Source of the DNA: a virus
IMG/VR virus record: IMGVR_UViG_3300045988_069864
Length of the DNA: 64,000 bases
Strand: one strand, 5' to 3'
Shown: one piece after another, positions 7,851 to 16,691 of the stretch
Position numbering within the stretch: position 1 is the first letter of the stretch
How the letters are laid out: each line of letters opens with the position of its first letter
Made by a program: the position numbers and the translations under genes
Notes under the pieces: generated by a model
The model's database searches: none
What the model saw: only the letters and a program-made list of their open reading frames with translations
Told to the model about the DNA's origin: nothing

Positions 7851-8570
7851 ATGAATTCCAATGAACTTTACCACCATGGCGTCAAAGGCATGAAATGGGG
7901 TGTTCGCAAAGATCGATCTAGCTACACATCGACTGGACTTAGAGCTGCTATTGCTAGAAGACAGAATGAAAAAGTAGATGCGAACTTTAAAAACTGGAAA
8001 GAAAATTCTGAGAAAAGGACCAATGCCATTGAGCTCGGCAAGAAAATGAACCAATCCAAGATGGCATACGAAAATAACAAATCCGATAAGACATTTCGGC
8101 AGACGTATAAGCAGGACAGTAAAGCTTATAAAAAGGCTCTTAGAAGTAACACTACTTATCGCAAAGGTCAGATTAAGCAGGAAGTTGGTCAGGATGCTTC
8201 TCGGAAATACCTGAGCGAAGCTAAAAAGATAAAGAAACAGTTGGATTCCGATCCTTCTAATAAGCAGCTCCAAAAGAAGTATAATGATCTGATGAGTAAG
8301 CACGACATTGAACGAGCTAATGCTCGTAGAGCTCCAGAAGTAGCAGCGAACCGGTCTAGAAAGAAAGCTGCCATCAAGAGAGCGATGACAATGTCCGTAA
8401 AAGCTGCAGCTACAACCGCTGTTGTTACTGCTGGAACATACGCGGTAAATAAGTATTTGTCAGATCATAATGTAACTTTGAATGGCAACAATCTTCGAGT
8501 CGATTCTAACATGGTCAACACATTTAGTAATGCTGTCAAAGTTGGTAGCGAAATTTTTAAGTATATTTAA
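7851..8570 (+). CDS. 'ELYHHGxKGxKWG' paralog 3 (basic, C-terminal TM helix), function unknown
   Basis: N-terminus 'NSNELYHHGVKGMKWGVRKDRS'. C-terminal 'SVKAAATTAVVTAGTYAV'. Confidence 0.7.
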   Translation: MNSNELYHHGVKGMKWGVRKDRSSYTSTGLRAAIARRQNEKVDANFKNWKENSEKRTNAIELGKKMNQSKMAYENNKSDKTFRQTYKQDSKAYKKALRSNTTYRKGQIKQEVGQDASRKYLSEAKKIKKQLDSDPSNKQLQKKYNDLMSKHDIERANARRAPEVAANRSRKKAAIKRAMTMSVKAAATTAVVTAGTYAVNKYLSDHNVTLNGNNLRVDSNMVNTFSNAVKVGSEIFKYI

Positions 8571-8607
8571 CATTTGAGTTCCAGATTAAAGGAGGTGACA
8601 ACTCTAA

Positions 8608-9195
8608 GTGGATTCCAGTGAACTTTACCACCATGGCGTCAAAGGCATGAAATGGGGTGTTAGGCGGTATCAGCGTGAAGATGGTACTCGTACTATTGCT
8701 GGACAGAAGCACGCTCAGACATTAACCGGCGGAGTTGCTGGTGTGATCAGAAAGAAGCAGCGCAGTAATGCTGAAAAAGACTTAGCACGAACGATCTCTA
8801 AGCAAAAGCAAGTCAATAGTGAACTGCGTGAACTTCGCGGTTATTCAAAAAACCCAAGTAAAATCGGTCGTTCAAAATTGGCTACTGCTATTCGAAATCA
8901 GCAGATTAAGTCTTTGGAACGGACCAATTCTAAGCTCGACCAGCGTAAAAAAGAGAGCACGAGCGCTTTGAAAGAGCTGAAACAGATCGATGAATATCAG
9001 GCAAAGAAAGCTGCCGACAGAGCGCAGAGGAAACTCGCTAATGCAAAGATCAAAGATCTTCAGAAGAAGTATGGGCGTCTCGAAGATCAGATGACTTATG
9101 GTAAAAACGCCGACACTAAGGCTAACGCTCGTATTCAGAAGCAGATGTCTAGTATCGACACTCAGATTAACAAGCTTAAAAAGTCTACACGATAA
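8608..9195 (+). CDS. 'ELYHHGxKGxKWG' paralog 4 (very basic coiled coil), function unknown
   Basis: GTG start after AAAGGAGGTG. N-terminus 'DSSELYHHGVKGMKWGVRRYQREDGTRTIAGQKH'. Confidence 0.7.
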   Translation: MDSSELYHHGVKGMKWGVRRYQREDGTRTIAGQKHAQTLTGGVAGVIRKKQRSNAEKDLARTISKQKQVNSELRELRGYSKNPSKIGRSKLATAIRNQQIKSLERTNSKLDQRKKESTSALKELKQIDEYQAKKAADRAQRKLANAKIKDLQKKYGRLEDQMTYGKNADTKANARIQKQMSSIDTQINKLKKSTR

Positions 9196-9209
9196 GGAGC
9201 TAATTCAAA

Positions 9210-10955
9210 ATGGCATTATCAAATACTGCCGTGCCAATCTATTACGGCCAGTTTCGTGATGCCGTATTGAGAGGCGAAATTCCAGTATGTAAAGAAATCT
9301 CTATGGAGATGAACCGAATAGATGGACTCATTGCAAACCCCGGCATTTGGTATGATGACCAAGCTGTCGAGGGTTTTATTGCATTTTGTGAGAATGAACT
9401 TACGTTGACTGACGGAGAAGACCTTAAGCTTCTAGATTCATTCAAACTTTGGGCTGAGTCAATTTTCGGTTGGTATTACTTTGTAGAGAGAAGTGTATAT
9501 GTTCCGTCTCCGGATGGTCATGGCGGTCACTATGAAAGAAAGTCTATTAAGAAACGATTAGTTAACAAGCAATATCTCATCGTTGCTCGCGGTGCGGCTA
9601 AATCAATGTATGGTGCATGTCTTCAGAGTTTCTTCTTGAATGTGGATACCTCAACTACAAATCAGATCACGACTGCTCCGACAATGAAGCAGGCTGAAGA
9701 AGTTATGAGTCCAATTCGAACCGCAATTACTCGATCCCGTGGACCATTGTTTAAGTTCTTAACCGAAGGTTCACTTCAGAATACGACCGGATCTAAAGCC
9801 AATCGTCAGAAGCTTGTACCTACCAAAAAGGGTATTGAGAATTTCTTAACTGGTTCTCTTCTTGAGATCCGACCGATGACAATCGACAAGATTCAGGGTT
9901 CTCGTGCGAAGATCTGGACAATCGATGAATGGCTTTCTGGCGATGTTCGAGAGGACATTGTTGGTGCTGCTGAACAGGGTGCTTCCAAGAACGACGACTA
10001 TCTGATCGTAGCTATCAGCTCAGAAGGTACCGTCCGTAATGGTAGTGGTGATACGATCAAAATGGAATTGATGGACATCTTAAAAGGTGATTACATCAAT
10101 CCTCATGTGTCAATCTGGTGGTACAAGCTGGATGACATTGACGAAGTCGCTAATCCTGATATGTGGCTCAAAGCCAACCCGAATCTCGGTAAGACTGTCA
10201 GCTATGAAACTTATCAGCTTGACGTCGATCGAGCCGAAAAAGCTCCTGCTACACGAAACGACATCCTGGCAAAGCGCTTCGGTATTCCGTGCGAAGGCTA
10301 TACGTATTACTTTACGTACGAGGAAACTCTTCCTCATCGGAGACGAGATTACTGGAGTATGCCGTGTGCACTTGGCGCTGACCTTTCTCAGGGCGATGAC
10401 TTCTGTGCATTTACGTTCATGTTTCCATTGTCCGATGGTTCATTCGGAATCAAGACTCGTAACTACATAACCGAGCTTACATTGATGAAGCTTCCCGGTG
10501 CTATGCGGAACAAGTACAACGAGTTCATGCGCGAAGGAAGCTTAATTGTTATGCCCGGAACTGTTCTTGACATGATGCAAGTTTATGAGGATCTGGATGA
10601 CCACATCGCCAAGTGCGAGTATGACGTTCGTTGCTTCGGTTTCGACCCCTACAATGCTCGTGAGTTTGTAGAACGATGGGAAAGAGAGAATGGTCCTTTT
10701 GGTATTGAAAAAGTCATTCAGGGTGCCAAAACTGAGTCTGTGCCTTTGGGTGAACTGAAGAAACTTTCTGAGGAAAGAATGCTTAGGTTCGATGAAGATC
10801 TTATGACTTTCGCTATGGGTAACTGCATTACTTTGGAAGATACCAACGGTAACCGTAAACTTTTGAAAAAGCGATATGATCAGAAGATCGATGCTGTTGC
10901 AGCTATGATGGATGCTTATGTGGCATTCAAACTTAATCGAGAAGCATTTGAATAA
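9210..10955 (+). CDS. terL: terminase large subunit
   Basis: 581 aa. Size, position before the portal gene and COG4626/Terminase_1-like sequence features (ATPase N-terminus, nuclease C-terminus). Confidence 0.85.
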   Translation: MALSNTAVPIYYGQFRDAVLRGEIPVCKEISMEMNRIDGLIANPGIWYDDQAVEGFIAFCENELTLTDGEDLKLLDSFKLWAESIFGWYYFVERSVYVPSPDGHGGHYERKSIKKRLVNKQYLIVARGAAKSMYGACLQSFFLNVDTSTTNQITTAPTMKQAEEVMSPIRTAITRSRGPLFKFLTEGSLQNTTGSKANRQKLVPTKKGIENFLTGSLLEIRPMTIDKIQGSRAKIWTIDEWLSGDVREDIVGAAEQGASKNDDYLIVAISSEGTVRNGSGDTIKMELMDILKGDYINPHVSIWWYKLDDIDEVANPDMWLKANPNLGKTVSYETYQLDVDRAEKAPATRNDILAKRFGIPCEGYTYYFTYEETLPHRRRDYWSMPCALGADLSQGDDFCAFTFMFPLSDGSFGIKTRNYITELTLMKLPGAMRNKYNEFMREGSLIVMPGTVLDMMQVYEDLDDHIAKCEYDVRCFGFDPYNAREFVERWERENGPFGIEKVIQGAKTESVPLGELKKLSEERMLRFDEDLMTFAMGNCITLEDTNGNRKLLKKRYDQKIDAVAAMMDAYVAFKLNREAFE

Positions 10956-10975
10956 TTCAAAATGGAGATGATTGA

Positions 10976-12223
10976 ATGGGTTTTATAGACCGGCTTCAGC
11001 ATGGATGGAACGCATTCATGAGCAGAGCCCCCACTGGAAGCTATTACGACATTGGACAGAGCTATTCATATCGACCGGATCGAGTGGTTTTTACCCGAGG
11101 CAATGAACGTTCCATTATTACGTCGGTATACAACCGAATTGCTTTGGACGTTTCTGCAATCAATATCAAACATTGCCGTCTGGATAATAATGATCGATAC
11201 ATGTCTGTAATCGACTCTGGTTTGAATAGCTGTTTGAATCTGGAGGCTAATATCGACCAAACTGGACGAGCCTTCATCCAGGATATTGTCATGTCGATGC
11301 TGGACGAAGGTTGCGTAGCTATTGTTCCAGTCGATACGTCTATCGATCCCAAGGTGAGTAGTTCGTACGATATTTTATCGATGCGAACTGGTAAGATCTT
11401 GGATTGGTATCCGGAGCATGTGAAAGTTCGACTCTATAATGAGCGAACAGGTAATAAGGAGGAAATCATCGTCCCGAAGAAAACGGTGGCGATCATTGAG
11501 AATCCTCTTTATGCAGTGACTAATGCTCCTAACTCAACAATGCAACGTCTTATTAGGAAGCTTAGTCTACTCGACGTAACAGATGAGAAGACCGCTTCAG
11601 GTAAATTGGATTTGATCATTCAGTTGCCCTATGTTATTAAGACGGAAGCTAGACGTCAACAAGCCGAAACAAGGCGCAAAGATATCGAGATGCAGCTTGC
11701 CGGAAGTAAGTATGGTATTGCGTACACGGATGGCACTGAAAAGATCACACAGTTAAATCGTTCTGTTGAGAACAATCTTATGTCTCAGATTGAATACTTG
11801 ACGAGCATGCTTTATAGCCAGTTAGGTATCACTCAGAGTATTTTGGATGGTTCTGCAGATGAGAAAACTATGCTGAACTACCATAATCGAACTATCGAAC
11901 CAATTGTTTCTGCGATTGTTGACGAAATGAAACGAAAATTCTTAACTAAAACTGCTCGGTCACAACAGCAGTCTATCTTGTTCTTTAGAGATCCGTTTAA
12001 ACTTGTTCCGTTGAATGACATCGCTGAAATTGGCGATAAATTTACCAGAAATGAGATTATGACGTCTAATGAAATTAGGCAAATCATTGGTATGACACCG
12101 TCTAACGATCCGAAGGCTGACCAGTTGGTTAACAGTAATCTGAATCATCCCGATGAGGAGTCTATGGTACCTGCGGTTTTGACCGAAAACTCTAACGAAG
12201 GGAGAATAAATCAAAATGGTTAA
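10976..12223 (+). CDS. portal protein
   Basis: 415 aa immediately after terL, with portal-like sequence character. Confidence 0.8.
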   Translation: MGFIDRLQHGWNAFMSRAPTGSYYDIGQSYSYRPDRVVFTRGNERSIITSVYNRIALDVSAINIKHCRLDNNDRYMSVIDSGLNSCLNLEANIDQTGRAFIQDIVMSMLDEGCVAIVPVDTSIDPKVSSSYDILSMRTGKILDWYPEHVKVRLYNERTGNKEEIIVPKKTVAIIENPLYAVTNAPNSTMQRLIRKLSLLDVTDEKTASGKLDLIIQLPYVIKTEARRQQAETRRKDIEMQLAGSKYGIAYTDGTEKITQLNRSVENNLMSQIEYLTSMLYSQLGITQSILDGSADEKTMLNYHNRTIEPIVSAIVDEMKRKFLTKTARSQQQSILFFRDPFKLVPLNDIAEIGDKFTRNEIMTSNEIRQIIGMTPSNDPKADQLVNSNLNHPDEESMVPAVLTENSNEGRINQNG

Positions 12224-14045
12224 ATGCGATTTTGCTGGTTGGGCCACGCGAAACGATTTGTTGTGTGGCGATGGCAGAATTATTAAGAAAGATGCGTTTA
12301 AGGATAACGATGGCGACACGGTATCGTTGGTTTGGAATCACGATCATTCTGATCCTAATGCAGTTCTGGGTCATGCTCTGCTTGAGAATCGAGACGAAGG
12401 TGTTTATGCATATTGCACCTTCAATGACACTGAGCAGGGTCGAAACGCCAAGGAACTGGTTCGTCATGGTGATGTAAGTGCTCTTTCCATTTATGCTAAT
12501 AAGCTGAAACAGAATGGTAAAGAAGTTGTTCATGGTGCAATTCGGGAGCTGAGTCTCGTACTTGCTGGCGCTAATCCCGGTGCATATATCGATTTCGTCA
12601 TGGCTCACAGTGACGATGGCGAAGAATCTGTAGATGGTCTGTATGCTGGATACAATGAAAACATTGTGCTCTATCATTCGGATGAGTCTAGTAATGAAAC
12701 TGACAGTAAAAAGGAGGATTCCAAAGTGGCAGAAGAAACTAAGAAGCCCGAGAGTGAAAAGACTGTTAAAGATGTGTTCGATACTCTCAATGAAGAGCAG
12801 AAGACCGTTGTTTACGCACTGATTGGTCAGGCATTGGAAGATGCCGGTGTTAGTGACGATGACAATGATGCTAATAACGATGACAACAAGGAGGACGACG
12901 AGATGAAACACAATGTATTTGACAATGATGATCAGGAGATGGATAATGTTCTGACTCATTCCGCCATGAATGATGTTCTGGACCTGGCTAAGACGCCCAG
13001 TGTGGGTAGCTTCAAGCAGGCCATGAAAATCTACGAGAATGAGAATGAGCTTCAGCATGACGCTTTCGATAGCGAGACCATGGACATGCTGTTGCCGGAG
13101 TATAAGCTGATCGATCCTGCCGAACCGAAGATTCTGTATCCTGATGACACTTGGGTGTCCAGCGTTATCAATGGTGTACATAAGTCTCCGTATAGCCGTG
13201 TCCGTACTCGTCGTGCTGATGCTCGTCAGGCTGAACTGCAGGCCCTGGGTTACAAGAAGGGTGACTACAAGAAGGAAGGTCAGAAGATCAAACTGCTGGG
13301 TCGTACTCACGATGCTCAGACGGTTTATGTAAAAGATAAGATCAACCGTGATGACGTTCTGGACATCACTGATTTCGACATCGTCGCTTACCAGTGGAAG
13401 ATCATGCGTCACGCTATGGACCAGACTCTGGCCACTGCAATTCTGATTGGCGATGGTCGTGATGATCTGGACCCGGATAAGATCAAGGAAGATCACATTC
13501 GTCCTATTTGGAAGGATGATGATATGTACTGCATCCATCAGGATATCGATATCGCTTCCGCTAAGGCAGAACTTCAGGGCACCAATACTGGCGCTAATTT
13601 CGGCGAGAACTACATTTATGCTGAAGCAATCATCACTGCTGCTCTGTATTCTCGTGAAAAGTATAAGGGTTCTGGCAATCTGACTTTCTTCTGCACTCCG
13701 CATCTGCTGAATGTCATGCTGCTGGCTCGTGATCTGAATGGTCGTCGTATCTATTCTTCTAAGAATGATCTGGTTGCAGCACTGAACGTTAAGGATATTC
13801 AGACCGTCGAACAGTTTGAGGGTCTGACTCGTACCACTACTGATAGCAAGACTAAGAAGCTGCTGGGTCTGTTCGTTAATCTGGCTGACTATCAGCTGGG
13901 CTGTGTCAAGGGCGGCGAGATTACCAAGTTCGAAGGCTTCGATATCGATTTCAACCAGCACAAACTGCTGCTGGAGACTCGTGCTTCTGGTGCCTTGGTT
14001 GAGTGGTATTCCGCTATTGCTCTGGAAGAAGACGTTACTGAATAA
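12216..14045 (+). CDS. prohead protease (HK97/S78-like) fused to an HK97-fold major capsid protein through an acidic linker
   Basis: N-terminus 'VSLVWNHDHSDPNAVLGHA...LSIYA...ELSLVLAGANPGA' is protease-like. It is followed by a D/E/N-rich linker and a roughly 400-aa MCP-like C-terminal part. Confidence 0.7.
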   Translation: MVKCDFAGWATRNDLLCGDGRIIKKDAFKDNDGDTVSLVWNHDHSDPNAVLGHALLENRDEGVYAYCTFNDTEQGRNAKELVRHGDVSALSIYANKLKQNGKEVVHGAIRELSLVLAGANPGAYIDFVMAHSDDGEESVDGLYAGYNENIVLYHSDESSNETDSKKEDSKVAEETKKPESEKTVKDVFDTLNEEQKTVVYALIGQALEDAGVSDDDNDANNDDNKEDDEMKHNVFDNDDQEMDNVLTHSAMNDVLDLAKTPSVGSFKQAMKIYENENELQHDAFDSETMDMLLPEYKLIDPAEPKILYPDDTWVSSVINGVHKSPYSRVRTRRADARQAELQALGYKKGDYKKEGQKIKLLGRTHDAQTVYVKDKINRDDVLDITDFDIVAYQWKIMRHAMDQTLATAILIGDGRDDLDPDKIKEDHIRPIWKDDDMYCIHQDIDIASAKAELQGTNTGANFGENYIYAEAIITAALYSREKYKGSGNLTFFCTPHLLNVMLLARDLNGRRIYSSKNDLVAALNVKDIQTVEQFEGLTRTTTDSKTKKLLGLFVNLADYQLGCVKGGEITKFEGFDIDFNQHKLLLETRASGALVEWYSAIALEEDVTE

Positions 14046-14059
14046 GGAGGAAATTAATT

Positions 14060-14341
14060 ATGGCTATGATTACTATTATGGAACACGCTGACGATCAGCA
14101 CGTTCGCGCTTATGTTGTCTATGGTAAGGCCGCTGACCATAAGCTGTATTACGAGAAGGATTATAAGACTCAGGTCACCCAGGCTGATGCTGAGAACGCT
14201 TTCAAGAAGAACCTGCTGCAGATCGTGGATACTACCACTACTCTGGTTCCGGTTGCCATGACTGGTACTACTGTTAAGACTGTTGCTGGTTCCAGCACTG
14301 CTGCCACTCTGACTGATTGGGCTGTTAAGGCTGATAGCTAA
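14060..14341 (+). CDS. hypothetical head-associated protein
   Basis: 93 aa directly after the capsid gene, with an SD. Confidence 0.5.
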   Translation: MAMITIMEHADDQHVRAYVVYGKAADHKLYYEKDYKTQVTQADAENAFKKNLLQIVDTTTTLVPVAMTGTTVKTVAGSSTAATLTDWAVKADS

Positions 14342-14369
14342 AACTATTAAGTTGAGGTGAGAATTCAAA

Positions 14370-14684
14370 ATGGCAAAATACTGTGGAAAAATTGGATTCG
14401 CGGTTACCGAGGAAACCAAACCCGGTGTATGGACCGAGCAAATGGTGGAACGACGGTATTACGGTGATCTAACGAGAAATACTCGGCGACTTCAATCGTC
14501 TGGTAATCTCAACGATAACGTAACCATCTCTAATCAGATTTCTATCGTGGCTGATCCTTTTGCCAATGAGAATTTTCATGCGATGCGTTACGCTGAGTTT
14601 ATGGGTACTAAATGGAAGATCGCTAGTGTCGAAGTTCAGTACCCTAGACTGATACTGGAATTGGGGGATGTGTTCAATGCATGA
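14370..14684 (+). CDS. putative head-closure / head-tail adaptor protein
   Basis: 104 aa in the neck-gene position. 'RYAEFMGTKWKIASVEV' resembles SPP1-type head-closure C-termini. Confidence 0.4.
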   Translation: MAKYCGKIGFAVTEETKPGVWTEQMVERRYYGDLTRNTRRLQSSGNLNDNVTISNQISIVADPFANENFHAMRYAEFMGTKWKIASVEVQYPRLILELGDVFNA

Positions 14685-14982
14685 CCGCTTAGGTTTACAC
14701 GAGGAATTATGTAAAATCCTCGGATCAAGGAACGTATATTTTCAACCCCCAGTATCAGTATCAATGAAGTATCCGGCGATTGTGTATGAACGTGATAACA
14801 TTCGTAATGAACATGCGAATGATAGCGTTTACATGCAACCTCTGGTATATTCTTTAACGGTTATCGATTCAGATCCCGATAGTGAGATTGTCGAGAAGAT
14901 TTCTAAACTTCCCAAATGCAGTTTCTCTCGGCATTTCACATCGGATAATCTTAATCATGATGTATTTACTATATATTATTAA
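14677..14982 (+). CDS. hypothetical neck/tail-completion protein
   Basis: About 101 aa between the adaptor and the major tail gene. The start is uncertain (14668 or 14677). Confidence 0.45.
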   Translation: MHDRLGLHEELCKILGSRNVYFQPPVSVSMKYPAIVYERDNIRNEHANDSVYMQPLVYSLTVIDSDPDSEIVEKISKLPKCSFSRHFTSDNLNHDVFTIYY

Positions 14983-15000
14983 CAAAAGGAGGAATAATAA

Positions 15001-15672
15001 ATGCCTGAAACTTCTAAAGCTCTTGTTTGGGATGCTGCCGGTGAGCGTCTGTATGAGACTGGCGTAAAGAAAGGTGTTCTTTATGTTCAGGGCGATGACG
15101 GCAAGTATCCGAAAGGCGTTGCCTGGAACGGTCTGACTGGTGTTACGGAATCTCCGTCTGGTGCAGAAGCAAACGCTATCTATGCCGACGATATGAAGTA
15201 TCTGAACCTGTATTCTGCAGAGGAGTTCGGTGCAACCATCGAGGCTTACACCTATCCTGATGAATTTGCAGAATGTGATGGTTCTGCTGAACTGACGAAG
15301 GGTGTTAATATCGGTCAGCAGAAGCGTAAAGCATTTGGTATGTGCTATCGTACTGTGCTGGGTAACGACATTACTGGTGAAGATTACGGTTATAAGTTGC
15401 ATATCATTTATGGCGCTATGGCATCTCCGTCTGAGAAGGCTTATGCAACTATCAACGATAGCCCCGAGGCTATCACTTTCTCTTGGGAGATTACTACTAC
15501 CCCTGTCAACGTCGCTGGTCTGAAGCCGACCGCTTCTTTGGTGATCGATTCCACTAAAGCAGATTCTACTAAACTGACTGCTCTGGAAACTATTCTGTAT
15601 GGTAGTGAGAGTGTTGATCCTCGTCTGCCGCTGCCTGATGAAATCAAGACTCTGATGACTGCTGGCGGCTGA
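15001..15672 (+). CDS. major tail protein (phi13/TP901-1-like)
   Basis: 223 aa, in position before the chaperones. The N-terminus 'ALVWDAAGERLYETGVKKGVLYV' is typical of siphovirus major tail proteins. Confidence 0.8.
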   Translation: MPETSKALVWDAAGERLYETGVKKGVLYVQGDDGKYPKGVAWNGLTGVTESPSGAEANAIYADDMKYLNLYSAEEFGATIEAYTYPDEFAECDGSAELTKGVNIGQQKRKAFGMCYRTVLGNDITGEDYGYKLHIIYGAMASPSEKAYATINDSPEAITFSWEITTTPVNVAGLKPTASLVIDSTKADSTKLTALETILYGSESVDPRLPLPDEIKTLMTAGG

Positions 15673-15744
15673 TCAAATTATTTACATGCGTGAAATTCGT
15701 AGCATTGACCGTTATAGCCGGTTTTATTTGAAAGGAGATTTATT

Positions 15745-16113
15745 ATGCTGAAAAAATCTATTACTTATTACGATTACAATGGTGTTGAGCGTACTGAGGA
15801 TTTCCGTTTTAATCTGTCCAAGGCAGAACTGATGGAAATGGAGATGAGTACTAATGGCGGTCTGACTGAAATGATCGATAAGATTGTCGCTGCTCAAGAC
15901 ATTCCGGCAATTATTAAAGTCTTCAAGGATCTTATCCTGAAGGCTTATGGTGAGAAGAGCCCGGATGGTAAGCGATTCATTAAGTCTGAAGAGCTCTCCA
16001 CTGCGTTTGCTCAGACTGAAGCCTACTCTCAGTTGTTTATGGAATTGGCTACTAATCCGGAAGAAGCCGCCAAGTTTATTAATGGCATTATTCCAACGGA
16101 TGCCGACAAATAA
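15745..16113 (+). CDS. tail assembly chaperone
   Basis: 122 aa, acidic, between the major tail gene and the tape measure. Confidence 0.65.
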   Translation: MLKKSITYYDYNGVERTEDFRFNLSKAELMEMEMSTNGGLTEMIDKIVAAQDIPAIIKVFKDLILKAYGEKSPDGKRFIKSEELSTAFAQTEAYSQLFMELATNPEEAAKFINGIIPTDADK

Positions 16114-16139
16114 TGTGAATATAATAGAGGTGATAAGAA

Positions 16140-16685
16140 ATGCTTCGAATAATAGTACCGGCAGTCGAAGGGTGGGATGAAGCTAAGCAAGAATTTGTTG
16201 ATCTAAAACCAGCCCAAACATTGTCGCTTGAACATTCTCTTGTCTCTCTTTCAAAATGGGAATCGAAATGGTGCAAACCGTTTGTTTCTACAAAAGATAA
16301 AACTTCAGAAGAAATGATCGACTACATTAAATGTATGACATTAACACAGAATGTCAGTGACGATGTTTATAATCGATTATCTACTGAAAACATTAGACAA
16401 ATAAATGAATACATAAATGCTCCGATGACTGCTACCTGGTTTAATGAACGAAAAAATGGATCACAACGTAGTGAGCAGATTACATCGGAGCTTATTTATT
16501 ATTGGATGATTGCTTTGAACATTCCTTTTGAGTGTCAAAAGTGGCATCTAAATCGTCTTCTCACTTTGGTGCGGATTTGTAATATAAAGAATCAGCCATC
16601 TAAAAAGATGAGTAGAAATGAGATATTGAGTCAAAACGCAGCGTTAAATGCTGCTCGAAAAAAGCAACTTAATTCAAGAGGGTGA
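16140..16685 (+). CDS. second tail-chaperone-like protein (Gp15-like)
   Basis: 181 aa. 'LSLEHSLVSLSKWESKWCKPF' resembles the Phage_Gp15 family. Supported by position. Confidence 0.5.
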   Translation: MLRIIVPAVEGWDEAKQEFVDLKPAQTLSLEHSLVSLSKWESKWCKPFVSTKDKTSEEMIDYIKCMTLTQNVSDDVYNRLSTENIRQINEYINAPMTATWFNERKNGSQRSEQITSELIYYWMIALNIPFECQKWHLNRLLTLVRICNIKNQPSKKMSRNEILSQNAALNAARKKQLNSRG

Positions 16686-16691
16686 TAGTTT

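Noticed and set aside
12192-13961. 589-aa minus-strand ORF, the longest antisense ORF in the track
   Set aside because: It lies fully antisense to the protease-capsid gene. It has a low-complexity Ile/Leu/Ser/Thr-rich composition, no SD and no recognisable motif. Long antisense ORFs like this are a typical by-product of codon bias in the sense gene.
15745-16180. Programmed -1 frameshift between tail chaperone ORFs (G/GT type)
   Set aside because: The overlapping alternative frame (15947-16180) extends only about 22 codons past the stop, and I found no clear slippery heptamer. The next chaperone-like gene has its own SD and ATG.
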